Source: Deltaproteobacteria bacterium (lineage in GTDB: Bacteria; Desulfobacterota; GWC2-55-46). From it: a stretch of DNA of 58,718 bases. Position 1 is the first letter of the stretch. Every line of letters starts with the position of its first letter. Under the pieces are notes generated by a model. The model saw nothing but the letters and a program-made list of their open reading frames with translations, ran no database searches and had not been told where the DNA came from. Location: the NCBI GenBank assembly GCA_016234405.1, contig JACRCC010000037.1, positions 1-58,718 on the forward strand, in the 5' to 3' direction. Positions 19,934 to 28,774 of the stretch are shown here, piece by piece. A program made the position numbers and the translations under genes.

Positions 19934-20680
19934 ATGAACGCAGAGGCCTTGAAAAAACTGATGCTCGGCGTTAGAAAAGGGAGCATCGGCGTCGAGGGCG
20001 CCTTGCAGGCCCTAAAATCCCTGCCGTTTGAAGACCTTTCATTCGCCACCGTTGACACGCACAGGTCGCTGCGCCGAGGCTTTCCGGAGGTCATCTACGG
20101 CGAGGGCAAAAGCGCCGCGCAGATAAAGGCCATTGCAACGGCCATGCTTGCGCGGAAGGAAAACGTCCTTGTAACGAGGCTTGACGTTGCAAAGGCGCGC
20201 ATACTGAAAAAAACGTTCCGGGCCTCGGTCTACAACGATACCGCGAGAACTTTTTTCATAAAATCGCACCCAGTCGTCAAAAAAGGCCGGGGCACTATCC
20301 TTGTTGTATGCGCCGGCACATCCGACGTGCCCGTTGCTGAAGAGGCTGCAATCGTGGCCGGATACATGGGCAACGACGTTGAAAGACTCTACGACGTCGG
20401 GGTCTCCGGCATCCACAGGTTGCTGCACAAAAAAGACGCGATTATGTCAGCAAACGTGCTTATCGTGGTCGCGGGCATGGAAGGGGCGCTGCCGAGCGTG
20501 GTGGCCGGTCTCGTGGACAGGCCAGTCATCGCCGTGCCCACGAGCGTGGGCTACGGCGCAAACCTCGGCGGGCTGACCACGCTTTTGTCCATGCTCAATT
20601 CCTGCGCCTCCGGCGTTTCGGTCGTGAACATAGACAACGGCTTTGGCGCGGCCTACGCGGCGTCCCTGATAAACAGATGA
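19934..20680 (+). CDS. larB: Nickel pincer cofactor biosynthesis protein LarB
   Basis: GFPEVIYGEGK, AGTSDVPVAEEA, DVGVSGIHRL and VVNIDNGFGAA. Confidence 0.95.
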   Translation: MNAEALKKLMLGVRKGSIGVEGALQALKSLPFEDLSFATVDTHRSLRRGFPEVIYGEGKSAAQIKAIATAMLARKENVLVTRLDVAKARILKKTFRASVYNDTARTFFIKSHPVVKKGRGTILVVCAGTSDVPVAEEAAIVAGYMGNDVERLYDVGVSGIHRLLHKKDAIMSANVLIVVAGMEGALPSVVAGLVDRPVIAVPTSVGYGANLGGLTTLLSMLNSCASGVSVVNIDNGFGAAYAASLINR

Positions 20681-21897
20681 GGATTCTCTACTTCGATTGC
20701 CCAATGGGCATAAGCGGGGACATGTGCCTTGCCGCGCTTATTGACCTCGGCGTTGACCTGAAGTTCATAATGCGGGAGCTTAAAAAACTCCCCCCCGGCA
20801 AAACAGACAAAATTGACGTGTCGGTGACGAAAGAGACGCGCCACTCCATAACCGGCACTGCCTTCCGCGTAAAACTCCATGATGCTCATCACCACAGGAC
20901 TTACAAAGACATCAAAGGCATAATCGCGGGGAGCAAACTCTCTCCCGGCGTAAAAGGTTTAAGCGCGGCCATATTCAAAACCATCGCCGAGGCCGAGGCC
21001 AAGATACACGGCACGACCGCCGACAAGGTTCACTTCCACGAGGTTGGGGCAATGGATTCCATCATTGACATAGTCGGCGCGGCAATTGCGCTCGATTCCC
21101 TCAATATTTCAAGGTTCATGTCGTCTCCCATACCGTTAGGCGGAGGCTGGGCCAAAACCATGCACGGAACCATCCCCATCCCGGCGCCGGCGACCATGGA
21201 GATTTTAAAAGGCGTCCCTATTGCCTTATCCGAAGCCCCGTTCGAGTTGACGACCCCCACCGGGGCCGCGATAATAAAGACGGTCTCGAGCGGCTTCGGG
21301 CCTATTCCGGCGATGATAGTGGAGAAGACCGGATACGGCGCCGGAAAAAAAGATTTCAAGGACGCCGCGAATCTCTTGAGGATAATCATCGGAGACGCGC
21401 CGGATGAAAAAAAAGCCGCGCCGCATGGGGAACGTCTTTTTATACTTGAGACGAACATAGACGACATGACCCCTCAGGTGGCCGGATACCTGATGGAGCG
21501 GCTTTTGGCCGCGGGCGCCCTCGACGTATTTTTCACGGCCGTTCAGATGAAAAAAAATAGGCCGGCCATCCTCTTGACCGTGCTCGCGGACGCGGCGAGG
21601 AAGGAACGGCTGACCGGCATCATCTTCTCGGAGTCCACTTCCATCGGCGTAAGGACGTTCCCCGTCGAGAGGGAGTGCCTTAGCCGGAGGGTTGAAAAGG
21701 TCAAAACCCCGTTCGGCGCGGTTCGCGTAAAGGTATCGCTCAAGGACGGCGTGATTGTAAACGCGCAACCTGAGTACGAAGATTGCAAGACGCTCTCCGA
21801 AAAAAAGGGCATACCGTTAAAACAGGTAATGGACGCGGCGCGCGCAGCGCCGCTTTGCATTACGAAAGCATGTTGGTTGACAAAATCCTCCGTATAG
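20677..21897 (+). CDS. larC: Nickel insertase LarC
   Basis: YFDCPMGISGDM, VHFHEVGAMDSIIDIVG, TPTGAA, ETNIDD, MKKNRP and PEYEDC. Confidence 0.95.
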   Translation: MRILYFDCPMGISGDMCLAALIDLGVDLKFIMRELKKLPPGKTDKIDVSVTKETRHSITGTAFRVKLHDAHHHRTYKDIKGIIAGSKLSPGVKGLSAAIFKTIAEAEAKIHGTTADKVHFHEVGAMDSIIDIVGAAIALDSLNISRFMSSPIPLGGGWAKTMHGTIPIPAPATMEILKGVPIALSEAPFELTTPTGAAIIKTVSSGFGPIPAMIVEKTGYGAGKKDFKDAANLLRIIIGDAPDEKKAAPHGERLFILETNIDDMTPQVAGYLMERLLAAGALDVFFTAVQMKKNRPAILLTVLADAARKERLTGIIFSESTSIGVRTFPVERECLSRRVEKVKTPFGAVRVKVSLKDGVIVNAQPEYEDCKTLSEKKGIPLKQVMDAARAAPLCITKACWLTKSSV

Positions 21898-21913
21898 CAA
21901 AGTGGCGCTGGGC
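21845..21913. repeat. CCCAGCGCC palindromic element overlapping the larC 3' end
   Basis: CAGCGCCGCTTTGC...GCAAAGTGGCGCTGGG. Homologous to 26470-26539 and 51709-51780. Confidence 0.75.
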
Positions 21914-21975
21914 GCGCAATAAACGGCGGGAACGTCAAACATCGCGGAAAAAATTAACATACCGCGGTATGCTTG

Positions 21976-22003
21976 TTGACTCTATTTCATTTTTTGTTAT
22001 AAT
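21976..22003 (+). promoter_or_regulatory. Probable sigma70 promoter
   Basis: TTGACT-16 bp-TATAAT. Palindrome CATACCGCGGTATG lies just upstream. Confidence 0.55.
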
Positions 22004-22054
22004 GCGAAGTCGTAAAGCTATGGATAAAAATCCCTTTCTTAAAAAAGGATACCT

Positions 22055-22894
22055 ATGCTAATCCGTTGCTGGGGGGCTCGCGGGTCAATATCCGTTTCAG
22101 GCAAGGAATTCCTTAAATACGGCGGCGACACAAGCTGCATCGAGGTCATAAGCGGCAACGGCGACCTCATCATATTGGACGCCGGCACCGGTATCCGCGC
22201 GCTCGGCAACAGGCTCGTGAAAGAGGAGAGGCGCACCATAAACCTGCTGCTCTCCCACGCGCATTGGGACCACCTCTCCGGTTTTCCGTTCTTCAAACCC
22301 ATATACAATAAGGATTTTACGGTAAAGGTCTTCGGGCCTCAGACCACGCAGGACTCGGTCAAAAGCATACTCTCCAAGGCCATGACCGCGCCTTACTTCC
22401 CTATAGAGCTCGAGGACATAAACGCGGAGATAACCTTCCTCGGCATGGGCAATAAGGGTTATTCGGTAGGCTCGGTCAAGATAACGACCATCCCCTTGAG
22501 CCACCCGAATCAAGGCTCCGGCTATAGGCTCGCGGAAGAGGGAAAGTCCTTCGTGTTTCTCACGGACAACGAACTTACGCTCCACCACCCGACCGGCATG
22601 GATTATAAAGACTACGTGAACTTCGCCAAGGACGCGGACCTTCTGTTCCACGACTCCGAATTTACAAGGGAGGAATATAAACTTACGAAGGGATGGGGGC
22701 ACTCGGTCTATAACGACACAGTCAACCTCGCGCTCGACGCGGGGGTTAAGCGCTTGGGGCTATTCCACCACAATCAGGACAGGACGGACGCGGAGGTGGA
22801 AAGAATAGAAAAAGAATGCAAAGAGCAGATAGCGAAGAAAGGCTCAAAGATGAAGTGCGTGGCGGTGGCAACGGGGATGGAGTTCAAGCTGTAA
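22055..22894 (+). CDS. MBL-fold metallo-hydrolase
   Basis: WGARGS, YGGDTSC, LDAGTGI, SHAHWDH and GWGHS. Confidence 0.9.
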   Translation: MLIRCWGARGSISVSGKEFLKYGGDTSCIEVISGNGDLIILDAGTGIRALGNRLVKEERRTINLLLSHAHWDHLSGFPFFKPIYNKDFTVKVFGPQTTQDSVKSILSKAMTAPYFPIELEDINAEITFLGMGNKGYSVGSVKITTIPLSHPNQGSGYRLAEEGKSFVFLTDNELTLHHPTGMDYKDYVNFAKDADLLFHDSEFTREEYKLTKGWGHSVYNDTVNLALDAGVKRLGLFHHNQDRTDAEVERIEKECKEQIAKKGSKMKCVAVATGMEFKL

Positions 22895-23050
22895 CTGCCG
22901 CAAGTTACTCCGCACAAAACAGCCTCACCCCCTTGTAATAATCCCCGCTCTGACAAAACCCTTTAATCACCCATGCAGGCAAGCGCCCTCTATAGCCCTG
23001 ACGGGCCGTTGAGCATCTTTAAACAATAACGCCGGAGCCTTTATCTCCAC

Positions 23051-23590
23051 CTACTCCCCCCGCACCTCCCGTGGGACTCCGGCAAACGTGGCCTGTCTCC
23101 TCAGTTCATCAAGCTCGCCCTTCCACTTGGCGATGTTAGCTTCGTCTTCCACGACCTCTTTTTTGTACCGCTCGTAGGTCTCTATGTCTTTTTTCTCGAA
23201 TATCTGGCCCAAGCGTCTTCCCTTTTCGAATATGGAGATGAATTGCCGCTTCGCGTCAAGGTCCGTTTCGAGCTTGGTTATTTCCTTCGTCCTTTTCCCA
23301 AACTCGCCCTTCCACCACTCAAGGGGTTTATCCCCGTAAAGTTCCTGAGCGGCATCGGACGGCGGAGCCCCTGCATCGCTGCCCGTTGTCGCAGGCGCAA
23401 CGGACGGAGAGGACTTCTCCTGAGGCGCAGTAATTCTCACCGTGACCTTGCGCCTGTACTCCTGCGGCACCTTCTCCATAGAGTCGGTCATGTGGATGGC
23501 GCCGGATTTGTCTTCCCATTGATAAATGTCCGCGTAGGCGTTTGCGGCGAGTAAAACGACGATGGCCATTGCCGTGAGCAGCGACTTCAT
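23051..23590 (-). CDS. Secreted DUF4124-domain protein with coiled coil
   Basis: Signal peptide, then ADIYQWEDKSGAIHMTD. Confidence 0.8.
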   Translation of the reverse strand: MKSLLTAMAIVVLLAANAYADIYQWEDKSGAIHMTDSMEKVPQEYRRKVTVRITAPQEKSSPSVAPATTGSDAGAPPSDAAQELYGDKPLEWWKGEFGKRTKEITKLETDLDAKRQFISIFEKGRRLGQIFEKKDIETYERYKKEVVEDEANIAKWKGELDELRRQATFAGVPREVRGE

Positions 23591-23679
23591 GAAATAAAAA
23601 CCCCCTTTTTGTCTCAAGCCTCGTTATCCCCCTACCCTCTCCCCAAGGGGAGAGGGTGTCGTAAACCGAGTATACTCCA

Positions 23680-26088
23680 TTACACGCCTCCGGTCAAATA
23701 CGCCTCCTCGGTTATCCCATCCGGCCCGATGACTATAGTCACCGCCCCCTGCCTATCCGTCCTGTATACCCTCACGTTGCGCCGCCCATACCTGTCGAGG
23801 GTCTGTGTGTGCGGAAAACCGAATACGTTGCCCCTGCCTGCGGATATGACCGCTATCGTTGGCGCCGCCTTGACGACAAACTCATCTGACGAAGAATAAC
23901 GACTCCCGTGATGCGGGACCTTTAGCACGTCCGTTTTTATATCTTTCCCTGAGAGTTTTTCTTCCGCATCCGCAGCAATGTCGCCGGTAAAGAGAACTCT
24001 CTTGTCCATATATTCGAGCCTCAAAACCAAAGAATTGTTGTTTTTGTCAAACCCAGATCCATCCTCCGGATTAAACGTCTCCGCCCTGACGCCGTCAATC
24101 TCAAACACGTCTCCGGCGCGCAATATCTTCACCGGGATTTTCTTCCTTGAAAGAATCGCGCCGAGCCTTCCAAGCGACCCGCCGCCGTTCCACCAAAATT
24201 CGCCTATATCGAAGTTCTCGGCCACGAATTTAAGCCCTGAGATATGGTCGCGCTGCACGTGGCTCAAGACCATGTAGTCTATCTTTGATATCTTCTTATA
24301 TCTCAAAAACGGCGCAACTATCCTCTCTCCGGTGTCGAACTCGGCGCCGTAAAACCCCCCGCCGTCCACGAGCATGGTTTTGCCGCGGGGCAGTTCGACA
24401 AGCGCGCAGTCCCCCTGACCTATGCTGATGAAACTCACCTTTAGCTCGTCGGAGGCCTTTGCCTTGTATGTCCAATAGCCCCAGCTCGACACGAGGATGA
24501 GCGCCGAGGCGACTGCCGCATACGCCCAGACCCTTCTTTTGTTCAGGTTAGCCGCCGCCAATAGCGCCGCATATATAAGCCCTGTCTCAAAGGGCGTGGG
24601 TTTCGAGACCCAATACCATGAAAACGGAATTCGCGTAAACGTTACCACTATCCATTTGACCGCCTCAAGACATAAATCCGCGCCATAGAGCATCACGGCC
24701 GCGCCGCCCTCCCATACAAAAGATATTGCCGAGGATAAAAACACAAGCGGAATAATCACGCCCGTCAGCGGTATGACAATGGCGTTGGCAACGGCGCCCG
24801 TTGCCGAGACCATGTTGAAGTGATAGGCCATGAGCGGAGCGGTTCCGAGCCACGCGGCAACGGTCACGGCAAAGGCCGGAAAAACCCTTCTTTGAGTAAA
24901 CCTTTTTATAATACCGTTTTTCTTATTGTCTTCGTCCTCCTCCCTTTCGAAGAAACCTTTGAACCTCGGCAAAAAATAAACGATGCCGAATACGGCGGCG
25001 AAGGAGAGCTGAAACCCTATGTCCCAAACGGAATACGGCGCAATCAGGAGTATAATAAGCGCCGCGACGGCAAGCGTGTTGTAAAAATCCTTGCCCCTGT
25101 CGAACAGAAACGCGATGACGAATACTACGGCCATCACCACAGCCCTCTGGGCCGAAGTCGGAAAACCGGCAAGCGCGCCGTAGACGATTACAAACGGCAG
25201 CGAGAGCATTGCGGCGGTTTTTTTTGCGTTTAAGGCCAAGAGCAGTCTTTCCGACCGCTTGAGACCGAAGAGGATGAACCTGTAGAAAAAGAACGCAACC
25301 ACTCCCACGTGCAAGCCTGATATGGCGAGTATGTGCGCGGTTCCCGTTTTTACGAAGGCGTCTCTCAAGGCAGGCTCGACCCCGCCGCGCTCCGCGATAA
25401 CGAGCGCCTTTAAGACCTCGGCGTTGTCCGAGTTTTTTTCGATAAATAACCTTACCCTTTCCCTTACGTCTTCCGTAAACCGCGCCAGCCCCGCCTCGCC
25501 ATCCTGTATCTTCACCAATAATTTCCCGTCCTTCAGCCATCCCGTCGTAAAAATCCCCCGCAGATTGAGCCTTCCGCTGAAATCATACTCGCCCGGGTTG
25601 CCGAAGTTTGCGGGTTCTTTGAGCCTTGCGATGAACCTTACGCGGTCGCCGGTCCTCCAACCTTCGAGTTGGCCTTCGGAGACAAGCTGAACAAGCCCAG
25701 TTGTTTGTATCCTTTTTCCGGCGGCATTCAAGGCGTCCGCGCTTACGAGGAGCCTCGTCGTATGAGCGGTAAACTCAGGCGAAGCCGCGATAACGCCCTC
25801 CACGTCATGTCCGAGGGCGCTTGCATAATCTTCTTTCATGATGAAATTTTTGATGTGCTCAGGCGGAAACTCAGGCCGGGCAAACGGGGAGATAAAGAGC
25901 GCCCCGAGCATGAAAAACGCGGGCGCTGATGAAAGCGCGATGAACCGGGAGCCCTTGTAATACAAGATGACGGGGATGGATAGAGTTACGGCAAACGGAA
26001 CGTAGACGGATGCGGCAGGGATTTCCCCGTGCCTTGAAAATATGATACCGCAGATGAATGCGATGAGGCCTGGTATGAGCGGGTGCAT
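23680..26088 (-). CDS. comEC: DNA uptake competence protein ComEC/Rec2
   Basis: OB-like NPGEYDF, HILAISGLHVG, FQLSFAAV and an MBL domain with GQGD and KVPHHGS. Confidence 0.95.
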   Translation of the reverse strand: MHPLIPGLIAFICGIIFSRHGEIPAASVYVPFAVTLSIPVILYYKGSRFIALSSAPAFFMLGALFISPFARPEFPPEHIKNFIMKEDYASALGHDVEGVIAASPEFTAHTTRLLVSADALNAAGKRIQTTGLVQLVSEGQLEGWRTGDRVRFIARLKEPANFGNPGEYDFSGRLNLRGIFTTGWLKDGKLLVKIQDGEAGLARFTEDVRERVRLFIEKNSDNAEVLKALVIAERGGVEPALRDAFVKTGTAHILAISGLHVGVVAFFFYRFILFGLKRSERLLLALNAKKTAAMLSLPFVIVYGALAGFPTSAQRAVVMAVVFVIAFLFDRGKDFYNTLAVAALIILLIAPYSVWDIGFQLSFAAVFGIVYFLPRFKGFFEREEDEDNKKNGIIKRFTQRRVFPAFAVTVAAWLGTAPLMAYHFNMVSATGAVANAIVIPLTGVIIPLVFLSSAISFVWEGGAAVMLYGADLCLEAVKWIVVTFTRIPFSWYWVSKPTPFETGLIYAALLAAANLNKRRVWAYAAVASALILVSSWGYWTYKAKASDELKVSFISIGQGDCALVELPRGKTMLVDGGGFYGAEFDTGERIVAPFLRYKKISKIDYMVLSHVQRDHISGLKFVAENFDIGEFWWNGGGSLGRLGAILSRKKIPVKILRAGDVFEIDGVRAETFNPEDGSGFDKNNNSLVLRLEYMDKRVLFTGDIAADAEEKLSGKDIKTDVLKVPHHGSRYSSSDEFVVKAAPTIAVISAGRGNVFGFPHTQTLDRYGRRNVRVYRTDRQGAVTIVIGPDGITEEAYLTGGV

Positions 26089-26148
26089 TGAGTTGCCCCT
26101 TAAAAATTTTAGGGTTTTGCGTCGCAGCTTTGAGGATTGGCTTTTGAG

Positions 26149-28008
26149 TTATTCCTTCCCTCCGGTCTTCAACCCCAATATCAGCGCGGCAATCCGGGGC
26201 GAAACCCCGGCCACCGAACCAAGCTCTTCAACGGAGGAGTTTATCATCCCTTCGATGTCTCCGAATCTTTCAAAGAGCGCCTTCTTGGTCTTAATCCCTA
26301 TGCCGGGGATAGCGTCAATGACCGATGATACCGCCTTTGACCTGAGCCTTCTGTGATAGGTTACGGCTAACCTGTGCACCGTATCGCGTATCCTCCTTAT
26401 GAGGAGGTCGGGTCTTGAGTTTTCTTTGAGCGCCACGGGGTCTTTGACGTTGGGCCGGAAGACCCTCTCGCCCAGCGCCACTTTTCGAAACGGAAGTTTT
26501 TTCATACACGCTCCTTCGTGCTGAAAAGTGGCGCTGGGCCTGTCTTTGGCGAGCGCGGCAACGTCCACCCCCCGTACCCCCAATTCCGTTAAAACCCTGC
26601 AAGTGATGTTCAACTGCCCCTTTCCGCCGTCAACGAGGATGAGGTCGGGCGGGACCGCGTCTTGGCCGCCCCTATACCGCCTCTCTAACACCTCGCGCAT
26701 CATCGCGTAGTCATCAGGGCCTTCTGCGCCTTTTATTTTGTAACGCCTGTAAGAGTCTTTGTGCGGCTCTCCGTTCTTAAAGACCGCCATCGCGCCTACT
26801 GCCATTGCCCCGCCGATATTGGATATGTCGAAGGCCTCAATCGTATTTGGGAGATTTAGAAGGTGAAGCCTGTCTTTGAGTTCCGATATAACCGTTGCGC
26901 GTGAAACGGACGCATCCCCCTTTTTCGTCAGACTCTCCCTTGCGTTCTCCAAGGCCATCTTGAGGAGTTTCAATTTCTCCCCCCGGAGAGGCGCGAATAT
27001 GCGCGCCTTCCGCCCTTTTTTCTCGCTGAGCCATTCGGACAAAAAAGCCGCGTCTTCGATTTGAAGGGGGATAATCACCTCATCCGGCACATACCGACTG
27101 CCCATGTAGAACCGCGCCAAAAAAGACGATATGGCCTCGTCATCCGGCAGCCCGGCATCCTCGAAGAAGTAACCCTCGCCCCCCACGAGCCTTCCGTCCC
27201 TTACGAAAAGCGCCTGAATGACGCACGCCCCGTGGTCTTTTGCCGCCGCGAAAACATCCCTGTCTATCGGCTTGTGCGTTACGGCCTTTTGCTCCTCGAG
27301 CATCCCTTTTATTGACTCCATCCTGTCCCTGAGTTTTGCCGCCTCCTCGAAATCAAGACGCATCGAGGCGGAGCGCATCTTATCCTTGAGGAGTTTCAGG
27401 AGTTCCCTATTCTTGCCTTTAAGGAAAAGAACCGCTCCTTTTACGAGTTCCTTGTACCCGTCTTCGGTTATAAGCCCCATTGCCGGCGCAGCGCACAGCC
27501 CCAACTGATAATCGAGACATGGTCTAACTCTATTCCTGAAAACGGACTCGCCGCACACGCGCAGAGGGAAGAGCCTTCTCAGGAACTTCACCGTGTCGCG
27601 CACCGCGCGGGTGGAGACATAGGGGCCGAAATAGAGGCCGCCGTCTTTTTTAATATCGCGCGTTACGAGTATGCGCGGAAATTTTTCGTAAGCGGTTATC
27701 TTGATGGAGCAGTAGGTCTTGCTGTCTTTGAGCCTTATGTTGCAGCGGGGTTTGTATTTCTTGAGGAGCGTGTCCTCTAAAAAGAGCGCCTCTTTTTCGT
27801 TGGCCGTGATTATCCAATCAATATCCGTTGCCCTTGACGCGAGGAATTTGACCGACGGGCGCGAATCGCCCGAAGAACGGAAATAAGACACAACCCTCTC
27901 CCGCAGGTTCTTGGCCTTGCCGATGTAGAGCGCTTCCCCAGATTTACCCTTCATCAGATATACGCCCGGCGCGGCCGGCAGGCTTTTGAGTTTATCCTCT
28001 ATCCCCAT
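26149..28008 (-). CDS. uvrC: Excinuclease ABC subunit C (contains an in-frame palindromic insert)
   Basis: PGVYLM...YIGKAKNLR GIY-YIG, EAFDISN, DDYAMM, VDGGKGQL and HhH IPGIG. Confidence 0.97.
   Translation of the reverse strand: MGIEDKLKSLPAAPGVYLMKGKSGEALYIGKAKNLRERVVSYFRSSGDSRPSVKFLASRATDIDWIITANEKEALFLEDTLLKKYKPRCNIRLKDSKTYCSIKITAYEKFPRILVTRDIKKDGGLYFGPYVSTRAVRDTVKFLRRLFPLRVCGESVFRNRVRPCLDYQLGLCAAPAMGLITEDGYKELVKGAVLFLKGKNRELLKLLKDKMRSASMRLDFEEAAKLRDRMESIKGMLEEQKAVTHKPIDRDVFAAAKDHGACVIQALFVRDGRLVGGEGYFFEDAGLPDDEAISSFLARFYMGSRYVPDEVIIPLQIEDAAFLSEWLSEKKGRKARIFAPLRGEKLKLLKMALENARESLTKKGDASVSRATVISELKDRLHLLNLPNTIEAFDISNIGGAMAVGAMAVFKNGEPHKDSYRRYKIKGAEGPDDYAMMREVLERRYRGGQDAVPPDLILVDGGKGQLNITCRVLTELGVRGVDVAALAKDRPSATFQHEGACMKKLPFRKVALGERVFRPNVKDPVALKENSRPDLLIRRIRDTVHRLAVTYHRRLRSKAVSSVIDAIPGIGIKTKKALFERFGDIEGMINSSVEELGSVAGVSPRIAALILGLKTGGKE
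26470..26539. repeat. CCCAGCGCC palindromic element inside uvrC
   Basis: GCCCAGCGCCACTTTTC ... GAAAAGTGGCGCTGGGC perfect inverted ends. Confidence 0.85.
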
Positions 28009-28052
28009 AACGGCTATTATTACACAACGGAAAAACGGATTACAACCCGCGT

Positions 28053-28100
28053 AAAAATAAAAATCCCCGCCGCATTTAAGCGGCGGGGATTTTTATTTTT
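28053..28100. terminator. Intrinsic terminator after efp
   Basis: AAAAATAAAAATCCCCGCCGC-ATTTAA-GCGGCGGGGATTTTTATTTTT. Confidence 0.88.
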
Positions 28101-28116
28101 CTAACCGTCAAACCCG

Positions 28117-28680
28117 CTAACCCTTAGCCCTCTCCAAATATTTCCCCTCTCCCGTGTCCACCCTTATTGTCTCTCCGGATTCTATAAACGGGGGGACGTT
28201 TACGACAAGGCCGGTTTCAAGCGTTGCGGGTTTCACCGAGGCCGTAACGGTCGCGCCCCTCATGTTCGGGGCGGTCTCTACGACCTTGAGCTCGACCACC
28301 TTTGGCGGGTCAACTCCGACCGGCGCCCCCTCGTAATACTCAATCATGAACTTGATGTTCGGCGTGAGGTAATAGACGTTGTCGCCGAGAACGTCGGCTG
28401 AAAGGGACATCTGCTCGTAGGTCGCGCTGTTCATGAAGTGATAGTCCGTGCCGTCATTGTAGAGATACTCCATCTCGTGCTGCTCGAGGTGCGCCTTTTC
28501 GAGCTTATCTTCTGACCTGAACCTGTTCTCGGCCGATGAGCCGGTCTTGAGGTTTTTGAGTTTTGTCTGCACCATGCCGCGCCAATTGCCAGGCGTGATG
28601 TGCTGGACCGTGGCGACCCTGTACGGTTCTCCGTTATAGAGGATCGTCATCCCTACTCTCAGCTGCGTTGCCGGTATCAT
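28117..28680 (-). CDS. efp: Translation elongation factor P (TPGNWRG loop)
   Basis: QLRVGMTI, YLYNDG, KPATLETG and VPPFIESGETIRVDT. Confidence 0.95.
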   Translation of the reverse strand: MIPATQLRVGMTILYNGEPYRVATVQHITPGNWRGMVQTKLKNLKTGSSAENRFRSEDKLEKAHLEQHEMEYLYNDGTDYHFMNSATYEQMSLSADVLGDNVYYLTPNIKFMIEYYEGAPVGVDPPKVVELKVVETAPNMRGATVTASVKPATLETGLVVNVPPFIESGETIRVDTGEGKYLERAKG

Positions 28681-28774
28681 GCTGCCCTGCGGCTCCTTCT
28701 CTCGTATTTGCGCCCATGCGGCGCGGTCTTGAATGTTTAATTATATCATTTGAGAGTTGCCCCCGCAACAACAT

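Noticed and set aside
19934-21897. larBC without larA/larE as a novel pathway
   Set aside because: Dispersed lar genes are common, and the rest of the genome is not visible.
23628-23660. CCCTCTCCCCAAGGGGAGAGGG hairpin (similar one near 53953-53975)
   Set aside because: An isolated short hairpin of a common REP-like type. It adds nothing beyond the repeat findings.
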